DNA from: Eledone cirrhosa
Lineage: Eukaryota
Assembly: GCA_964016885.1 (NCBI GenBank)
Contig: OZ024741.1
Span: 303,800,001 to 303,864,000 of the forward strand
Direction of reading: 5' to 3'
DNA length: 64,000 bases
The first letter of the stretch is position 1. Each line of letters begins with the position of its first letter. This document shows positions 52,780 to 64,000 of this stretch, piece after piece. A program made the position numbers and the translations under genes. The notes beneath the pieces are model-generated. The model did no database searches. It was not told the DNA's origin and saw nothing but the letters and a program-made list of their open reading frames with translations.

Positions 52780-54017
52780 CAATACTTTCTGGTCACAGTC
52801 TCCACAGTTACATACTGGGCTGTCTTTCATTTTCCATCGATGTAGATGATGGGCTGTTCTGGCATGTGCTGTGTGAATCCGATTAAGAGATAGCCATTGC
52901 TTTCTGGGGCACCCTTACTGTGAACGTCCGCTAAAGGTTAGAAGGCATGTTGTCCAAACACTTCCGTTTCCTCTCCATGACAAGATCTACTGTCAATTTT
53001 AGATTACAATGCAACTTAGACAAACAACGAGGCTGATCTTCAAAGAGTGAGAGATATATACACGGAAGTATATCACTGATTTGGAATGCGAATCAATGTT
53101 GACAAGACAAAGATGCTAATCCAACCAAGACTTGAATATACGGCCCCAGATGTCGGCACAAATGAGGTTACTCGGTGGAAACTGTCAGTGGAAACAGTGG
53201 AAACAGTGAAAACAAATTTGTTATCGTGATTTCATTTTGTCAAATGAAGAAACATGTGGAAACGACATCAATAATTGTTTCTACTTTAGGCACAAGGCCA
53301 GCAATTTTGGGGGAGGGGAAAGTCGATTAAATCGACCCCAGTGCATTAATGGTGCCTTATTTATCGACTACGTAAGGATGAAAGGCAAAGCTAACCCCGG
53401 CAAGATTTGAACTCAGAACGTAAAAAGCCGTAACTCTATGCCGTGAAGCATGGTGTCTGACACTCTACCGATGCTGCCAATCCACCACCCTGAAAACGAC
53501 ATCAATAATAACATTTAGACGTCCCACAACGCACATGGCAGACGGACACATTGAATCTTTGCTAATCAGTCACACTCTCAAAATGAAAGCCATGATCTTT
53601 AAAGCAGTTACTCTTTCAATTCTGCTTTGTGAGACTTGGACTCTACATCGTCAACATCTAAAACTGTTAGTTAAGTCGCATACTTCAAATAAATTGGCGA
53701 GATTCTATTCCCCCTTTTTTTTCTCTCATTTATGGCATTTATAGTTCTTTCCAATAACGAAGTATCGTCAGGATTGAGACTACAATACTATCGATTGTGC
53801 TGGACAGAACATACTGCCAGAATGAGGGTACTGGACTGCTACGGACTATCCATATTGGAGAATTTATTAATGGCAAATTACCTCGTGGTACACCCAGCGA
53901 TGCTTTAAGGATCAAATATTCTCTGATCCAAGCAGAAATCAACCCAGATATCTGTCTTTCATTTCTCATCGATGGAGATGATGGGCTGTCCTGGCACGTC
54001 TTTTGCGGATCCAATTA
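52780..54017 (+). pseudogene. RTE-clade LINE RT/C-terminal relics, interrupted by a SINE
   Basis: NEADLQRV...FGMRINVDKTKMLIQP; KAMIFKAVTLSILLCETWTLHRQHLKLL; duplicated segment 52820-52886 / 53952-54018. Confidence 0.8.
53276..53493 (-). mobile_element. Full-length Nin/Deu-domain SINE with 16-bp TSD
   Basis: TSD aaacgacatcaataat at 53260-53275 and 53494-53509. Confidence 0.9.
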
Positions 54018-54199
54018 AGGTTCTATGACACTACTGGACAACGACACACACACACACATACACACACACACATGCACACACGCACGCACAAATACACACA
54101 CATACACACACACACACATACACGCAAACACGCACACACACACATCGTCGTTTCCAAAAAGCAACAGGAGTCTATAATTCTGGAATATATATGAGTGTG

Positions 54200-54900
54200 T
54201 ATGTGTGTTTGTACCTGTGCATGTGTGTGTGTACATGTATGTGCGTGTGTGTGTATGTGTGTGTGTACGTGAGTGTGTACATGTATGTGCCTGTGCATGT
54301 GTGTGTGTTTACATGTATGTGCCTGTGCGTGTGTGTGTGTGTACATGTGTGTGCATGTGTATATGTATGTGCCTGTGCGTGTGTGTGTGTACATGTGTGT
54401 GTATATGTACATGTATGTGCCTGTGCGTGTGTGTACATGTGTGTGTATGTGTACATGTATGTGCCTGTGCGTGTGCGTGTGTATGTGTACATGTGTGTGT
54501 ATGTGTACATGTATGTGCCTGTGCGTGTGTGTGTGTGTGTATGTACATGTGTGTGTATGTGTACATGTATGTGCCTGTGCGTGTGTGTGTGTGTACATGT
54601 GTATGTATGTGTACCTGTATGTGCCTGTGCGTGTGTGTGTGTGTACATGTGTGTGCATGTCTACATGTATGTGCCTGTGCGTGTGTGTGTGTGTACATGT
54701 GTGTGCATATGTACATGTATGTGTGTGTGTGTGTACATGTGTGTGCATGTGTACATGTATGTGTGTGTGTGTGTACATGTGTATGCATGTGTACATGTAT
54801 GTGCCTGTGTGTGTGTGTGTTTGTGTATTTGTACCTGTGCGTGCGTGTGCGCGCGCGCGTGTGTGTGTGTGTCTGTAGATGCCTGTGTGTGTGTGTGTAT
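54200..54900. repeat. (TG)-derived minisatellite gtgtacatgtatgtgcctgtgc
   Basis: Direct reading. Confidence 0.9.
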
Positions 54901-55314
54901 ACACGTATGAGTGTATGTCGTTGTCCAGCAGTGTTTACCTTAGAGCTATTGTCCACATCTATTTTCTATCTAAATGTGTTGCCATTTGTATGAATGAGTA
55001 AGTATATCGATTGCAAACAGAGCGCCTTTTCACGGTCACTGTTTTAATAGCCTATACCAAACAAAACAGAGTGGGACCCGAATCCACACAACGACACGTG
55101 CACCCAATCCACACCTCTCTACACAGTAAGGGGGTTGCTGTAGGGTCACAGTCATCAGTTATATTAGGAGGAAAATATAACAAGAAACGAAAACGACGAA
55201 AAAAAGAGCAATCCACGCGCCACTACCATACAAATATAATATAGACTTAGTTTGATGACAGAAACAAAGCAAAAAAGGAAATAATACACATATACATTGT
55301 GCATATACGTGTTG

Positions 55315-55481
<167 letters not shown>

Positions 55482-56049
55482 GAAGACAGAGAGGCAGAGA
55501 CATACAATGAGATTTCTGTAAATACAAATTAACAAACAGCTACAATATTGTAAGGAACCAGTCAAATTGTAAGGTCCTAGCTGGGAAAGAACTATGGAGG
55601 AGTTGTGTTGACATTTTGCGAGGGATAAGGCTAGGAGTGGCCCCTTGTAAGCAATAGTTGATGTTCTAGGTGGCCGTGATGATGACTGCGGGGTAGGGAT
55701 GAAGACTCTCCCCTACACATACACACATTCACGAGATTTCAATAAGACGATGAAGAGAACGACGAGGCCATATCATGCCAGAGTGCAAAAGAAGTTAAAA
55801 CAAACAGTGTATGTGGAAAGGTGTAAGACAGGGGTTGCAGACGGCTATTGTTATGATATTAATTTAATCGAATGTATATAAAGAGAAAGGGGGGAGGACC
55901 CAGGTGGTGGTGGTGGTGGTGGTGGTGGAGGGGGAGGGGCGAGATTGTGGATATTGTGCGTGAGAGAGTGAGTGTGTGTGGAAAAGGAAAGAAAAGGCTA
56001 GTATGTGTATGTTTGTGTGCGCGCGACAGAAAGTTTGTGCGTGAGAATG

Positions 56050-56081
<32 letters not shown>

Positions 56082-56087
56082 ATTATA

Positions 56088-56171
<84 letters not shown>

Positions 56172-56665
56172 ACGTGTATGCGTGTATGCGTGTATGGCAG
56201 AACGGATGGATGTGTCTGTATATACGTCTGTGTAAGGGAAAGAATGGGTGTGTCTGTATAAGTGAGTATGTGTGAGGCGAGATAGGGTGGAGGTGGTCGT
56301 GGAAGGGTTTACTGACTGTAGATTTAGGGAGATTAAGGTCCACTTTGGACAGATTTGTTAAGATGAATGTCAATTTAACCAAAAGAAAAAATAAATAAAA
56401 TGTGCAGGAGTCAGGAGGACTGGTGAGGCAAACTATAGGTGTATTTTGTTAATAAGTTTCGAGAATAGACGGGAGAAAAAGGAATATATTGTTGTAGGGT
56501 ACTGTGGTGGAGTGTGGAAATGGGGAAAGGGACGTGATATACGTGATAACGCGAGTGGAATGAGGAGTGGGCTGAGGATCGCAGATGACTTTAGAGACGA
56601 CGGGCTCAAAAGATATCTCTGCATGTGTTTATATCTATCTATCTCTCATTCTTTCTTTCTTTATT

Positions 56666-56788
<123 letters not shown>

Positions 56789-57051
56789 AGAGTGTGTGTG
56801 TGTGTGTGTATTAACATATATATATATATATTGTTATATTTGGGGAGGGTCATATTGTTAAATATTGCCAGAAATAATAATGAAACACACTCACTGTTTG
56901 TATATATATATATATTATACACACACAAACAAACAAATACAATTTGTGTTTACTCTAGACAAAAATGTATTAACTTCTTGCTCCATTGAGTGCTTTGTGA
57001 CTGTCTCAAAGAATTCGACTAATATTTGCTATATTGCGGCTACAACTTCGA

Positions 57052-57139
<88 letters not shown>

Positions 57140-57291
57140 GTTTGGGTTTTGCTCGTTTAACAAGTCTGATGAGCAGATTGGGACTGGAGTTGGGTCTATA
57201 GCATTAACATGGATACCGAGCCACCCATCTGTGAAACGGTCGTAATTGTGCATAATCAATAAAATCCTTAATGTGAGGGCCTCATTTTGTT

Positions 57292-59067
<1,776 letters not shown>

Positions 59068-59084
59068 TATAGATATATATATAT

Positions 59085-61127
59085 AGCAACAAACTACTAA
59101 CTGAATTTGAAAATGAAGTAATATCTATTATACAAAACATTAAATTTAAAAAAAACAATTTATAGGCCAGGAATACCTTAAAGGCCTCAAGAATAATATA
59201 GACAATCTTGAAAAAACTAAGAAGATCCTCGTTAAATCTGATAAAACTAATAATTTATACGGGATGGAAAAGGACGAATATAATAACCTTATATTGAAAG
59301 AACTCAGAAAAAACTACAAAATAACAACAAATGAAGATCTTTCAACACTAAATAGAGAAGCTTCTGAAATTATTCATAAATTAGGCATCCAACATAGGAC
59401 TGAACCCTTTATACCTAGAAAACCGAAAATTAACCTGAAAGACCACAAAAGAAATTTTGAAATAGAACTACCAGTCTGACTTATAGCACCATCTACATCA
59501 GACTTAGGCATAATTAGTAAATATATATTAGATAGAATTATACTACAACTTAAAGAAAAATCACACCTGAAACTATGGAACGGTACTAACGAAGTTATAG
59601 ATTGGTTCAATAACATAAAATTTAAACATAACAAAAAATTCATTGAAATGGATATTGCAAACTACTACTCTTCTATTACTCCTAGTTTACTTAATAAAGC
59701 TCTTATATATGCATCTAAACATACAGACCTATCTAGTGATGAAATGAATATAATTCTAACAGCACGGACACACTAATAGAATTCAATAATCATCTCTGGA
59801 CAAGAGCCGATACAAAAAATAATTTTGATATCACTATGGGATCACCTGGCGCAAATAACGGATCTTGTTGGTTTATTTATTAACAATGTACTGCATAGGA
59901 AAATGCCAGAGATGACTGCTGGTTTATATCGTGATGATATGCTGCTTTTAATTGAAAACCATAGTAATTGTGAAATTAATAGGTAAAGAAAATCCATAAT
60001 ACAATTCTTCAATAACTACAAACTTAAGTTAGAAATAGAGAATAACTATAAAAATTGTTAACTTCTTAAACGTAACCTTAAACCTTAGCACAGGTCTTTA
60101 CTATCCTTTCCATAAAATTAACGAAAATCTAAATTATGTAAATTTTAACTCTAATCATCCTAGAAGTATTAAGAACACTATTGTCAATAGCGTCCAACAA
60201 CGGATTTCACGTATCTCTGCTAATAAAAATATTTTTGTTGATAAGGCTGAATATTATAATGAAGCTTTAAATAGAGCAGGATATTCGAATAAAATTAAAT
60301 ACATTGATAACAATAACATGGCAAATCACCCTAGTATTAATTATAATAATAATAAACAATTTAACTTAAACACTAAACCAAACAAAAAAAACTATAACTA
60401 AAAATATTATTTGGTACTCCCCCCCCCCCTATTCTCTTTAAGCGTTAAAACACTTTTAGCAAAGCTATTTTTTTAAAGCACTAGACAAATGTTTTCCTAA
60501 AGCCCACAGATACCACTCTATTTGTAACAGACATAATATAAAAATATCCTACTCTACTACTATGAACATAGCACAAAACATAAATAGAATTAATAATAGA
60601 AACTTAAGTTTAAACCCTAACCAAAATTGCAATAATAATAATTATAGGAATATCCAGTATAATAGTACCGTTCCGAGCAACAACAACTCCGTAAAATGTA
60701 ACTGTAGAATCAAATCAAACTGCCCTTTACAAAATAATTGTTTAGTTAAAAATGTAGTTTATAAATGCACTGTTAAAACTAGAGATAATATATTTAACTA
60801 TGTCGGTGCCACGTCTACAGAATTTAAACAACGCTGGAATAACCATAATCATACTTTTAAAAGATCTGATAAAAAATCTTCTACTTCACTTTCACATCTT
60901 ATATGGAACTTAAAAAGCAAGAATATAGACTATTCAATATCTTGGAAAGCCATATTTCGAAAGCACCTGCATACCGAAATATGGCTTTATCAAAATTCTG
61001 TAGATTATGTATCGATGAATTTTTTTATATAATTAACTGTCAAAACTCTATTAATCTCAGAACAGAATTATTTTCTTCTTGCAGACATCGTCAACATTCC
61101 ACGTTCAGAACTATGTTTAATTTATAA
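59085..61127 (+). pseudogene. Penelope-like (Naiad-type) RT + GIY-YIG ORF, frameshifted
   Basis: LVKSDKTNNLY, INLKDHKRNF, EMDIANYYSSI, FDITMGS, GLYRDDML, YVNFNSNHP, CNCRIKSNCPLQNNCLVKNVVY...YVGATSTEFKQRWNNH, CRLC...INLRTELFSSCRH. Confidence 0.93.
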
Positions 61128-62172
61128 TATTCCTTAAACCTTCAAAATGATCTTATCTTCTTTAACAATTTAAAATTTTTAATATTTTAACATCTTAATA
61201 TTTATAAATGGTAATATCTCTAATATTGTAATATTTTCACCTCTCAGCAAAAATTCCTTTAATATATATACATATATATATTTATTTATATATATAATGT
61301 ATGTATATAATTTTTAATTTTTAATCTTTTAATTTTTACATTATTATTTTTCTAATGACACTCTATAAAAACATTTTTAGACGTAGTTTGATAATCATTA
61401 ATTGAAAAATGTATCCTCTTCACGACAGTTTCTTAGATAAACACATCACGTATCTCCTCTTTTGGTTTTTATGATTCTCAAACATTCACACATCTTTCGA
61501 CTAAAATAATTAATTAATCTCACACTTCTTCAAATTCATCGATTAACAAACTAAATTGGAGTTATCTTTCCTTTCTCAGTTATTATATATGAAACTCCGA
61601 TAAATTAACAATATTGTAATACATCTTCAACGCTGAACAAAATATTCAAATCTATCTATTTACATATAACACAAAATCAACTTCCCTCGTAACTCATATT
61701 ATAAACAACTAATAACTGTAAATTATCAATATCTCTTTAACAATTATTAATATATATAGATATTTATACATATATCCTAATACAATATTTCAATAAGATA
61801 CAAACATAATTCTCCATATAAGTATAATATAGGTAAATATTCAAATTTTTCTTCCCCCAAATTAACGTAAATATGTGGTCTTCTTTTCTTTTTCTTTTTC
61901 TTTTTCTTTTTCTTTTTCTTTTTCTTTTTCTTTTTCTTTTTCTTTTTCTTTTTCTTTTTTCTTTTTCTCCCTTTTTCTTTCTCTCCTAATAATACAAACA
62001 TATATCTAAATTTACCCAGCGTCTAAAATAACGGTTTTTCAATCATATACCCAACCTCATTTACATATTCATTAGCATACTCATCCTAACAATTTTAAAT
62101 CCACTATCCAAGGAATACTTCAACTGATAAAGTATGTTCCTTGGCTATGTCAAAATTTATAAACACACTTTG

Positions 62173-62234
62173 TATTTTATCTGATGAAAGCGTACCAAAG
62201 TTTTTGATACCCTTGAAATATATATAATAGAATA
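62173..62234 (+). ncRNA. Type I hammerhead at the end of the Naiad 3' UTR
   Basis: TATTTTAT-CTGATGA-AAGCGTACCAAAG/TTTTGATACCCTT-GAAA-TATATAT-A-ATAGAATA; same family as 21260/21419. Confidence 0.7.
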
Positions 62235-62259
62235 AATATGGTTTTATATATATATATAT

Positions 62260-62533
62260 ATATCACATAAGAAACGGAGAATCAGTGGTGCGACGAATAA
62301 AATTTATTAGATATATTACAATCTGAGGACCTTGCGATTTCAGAGTCAGGTTCGATCATTACATCGATCGTGCCTCGAGCTGGTCGCCAGAGAAACGATT
62401 GTAATATGTCTAATAAATTTTATTCGTCGCACCACTGATTCTCCGTTTCTTATGTGATATTATACTCTGCTCTGTAAAAGCATCGAGTGCTCAAACGGCA
62501 TACCGCTTACGGACGCTTTAAGCATCCCACACC

Positions 62534-62537
<4 letters not shown>
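62260..62537 (+). mobile_element. Mini-PLE: 64-bp inverted arms enclosing an HHR with long helix II, plus tail
   Basis: Arms 62260-62323 / 62397-62460. CTGAGGA(62323)-CCTTGCGAT..GTCGCCAGA-GAAAC-GATT-GTA(62403). Tail actct...agcatcgagtgct then (TA)n. Confidence 0.8.
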
Positions 62538-62613
<76 letters not shown>

Positions 62614-62617
62614 GTGT

Positions 62618-62695
<78 letters not shown>

Positions 62696-63469
62696 GTAAG
62701 GACCACGTATCAGTTGAACTTCAGCCACATTTCGTTAGCTTTTATAAAGTCGTTTTACATCAGTCATAGAAAGTTAAGCAAAATTCGGTGATACTAACTA
62801 CAAGGCCAGCAATTACCCAGTACTTTATTTTATCGACCCCGTAAGGATGAAGGGCAAAGTTAACCTCGGTGGGATTTGAACTCAGCCTGTAAAGGGACGG
62901 AACTATGCTGGAAAGCATGACGTCATACCCTCTACCGATACTGCCGATCCACCGAGCAGAATAACACACTGAGATCCAAGTTGCTAACCTTCCGTTTACA
63001 ATGACAACTTAAATGAGGATTTATATCTCCTTGGTGAAGATATTCATGTAATTTTCCCTCATTTCTCAATTAATCCACATTTTGCCTTTTAAAAAAGATC
63101 CAAGGAGAAGAAAGTTCTTACTACCCAAAAGCTCTTCAGACGCTGCCACCTTACTCCAGGGTTTACAAAGCTTATTTGTATATGCTCCAAACCAGAAAAC
63201 AAAGAATGTTGTTTACCCAGAAGTTCTTACTTAATTTCCTTCAAAATATGTGATAGAATTTATTTCCCCCCATAAAAGTGATATATTTTGTATTTTCATT
63301 TTATATCGTTTTATAAAAGTGATATATTTTGTATTTTCATTTTATATCATTTTTGTATTATGAATTCAGAATTGATTTCATGTACCTCAATTGAACAATA
63401 AATGGAATTTAGAATAACTTATTCCTATATTACATGCTTTGCTTTCTTCTAATATATGAGGACCACTTT

Positions 63470-63501
63470 CATTCCCGGGCAACGCTGGGTACCTCCGCTA
63501 G
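63470..63501 (+). mobile_element. Helitron 3' terminus
   Basis: CCCGGGCAACGCTGGG hairpin followed by CTAG|T; 5' end not located. Confidence 0.6.
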
Positions 63502-64000
63502 TATGTGTGTGTGTGTGTGTGTGTTATGTTCAGATGTAATCGAAGTATTCGACTCTCTCCTTCCCCATTTCATAGAAATTGAAAGCATGGTATTTTTAGT
63601 TGTTTTTTTTTTAAGTATATTTAAAATTATACATATTAAAATGAAACAATTATTTATCCAGATCCCACCACCCAATTTAGAATATGAAAACTATATTGGA
63701 AATAGTATATGTTATATTCAAAACGATAAAACATTTGTTTATGTTTCGAGTCCAAATCCTGTCGAGGCGAACTTTGTCTTTCATCCTTCACAGGTCGATA
63801 AAATAAAGTACTAGTCAAGTATATATGTGTATGTATGGGTCCGTAACTTTTGATAGAGTCGTAGGGGTGCTGTATTGACATACGGCGTTTCTTGGGCATT
63901 TTAAGCCTGGCGGAGCCCATTCTTTTCCAGGCCTGAGTACAGCAGATTTTTTTTCCAGAGAAAGATAGAAAGTGAGAGGGGGAATGAGAAAGAGATATAG

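Overview
Repeat-dense, AT-rich eukaryotic intergenic or intronic DNA, most consistent with an octopus (coleoid cephalopod) genome. The basis is about 25 copies of a Nin/Deu-domain SINE and very abundant (TA)n, (CA)n, (GA)n, (TACA)n and (GAT)n microsatellites. No host protein-coding gene can be supported. Recognisable coding remnants are all transposable elements: a near full-length decayed Tx1/L1-clade LINE (~8.7-14.5 kb), hAT/Buster and mariner transposase relics, RTE fragments, non-autonomous Helitrons, and at least four Penelope-like (GIY-YIG) retroelement fragments. The main hidden signal is more than 20 full or partial hammerhead-ribozyme (HHR) motifs. They sit in short Penelope-derived units inserted in (TA)n tracts and often form long hairpins. 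Three motifs (23989-24089, 44369-44470, 43880-43937) have the HHR strands in a non-circularly permuted order: cleavage strand, then GAAA, then CUGANGA. Two of these add a covarying K-turn and a bridged junction in place of helix II. All structures were derived by eye; activity is untested and most boundaries are approximate.
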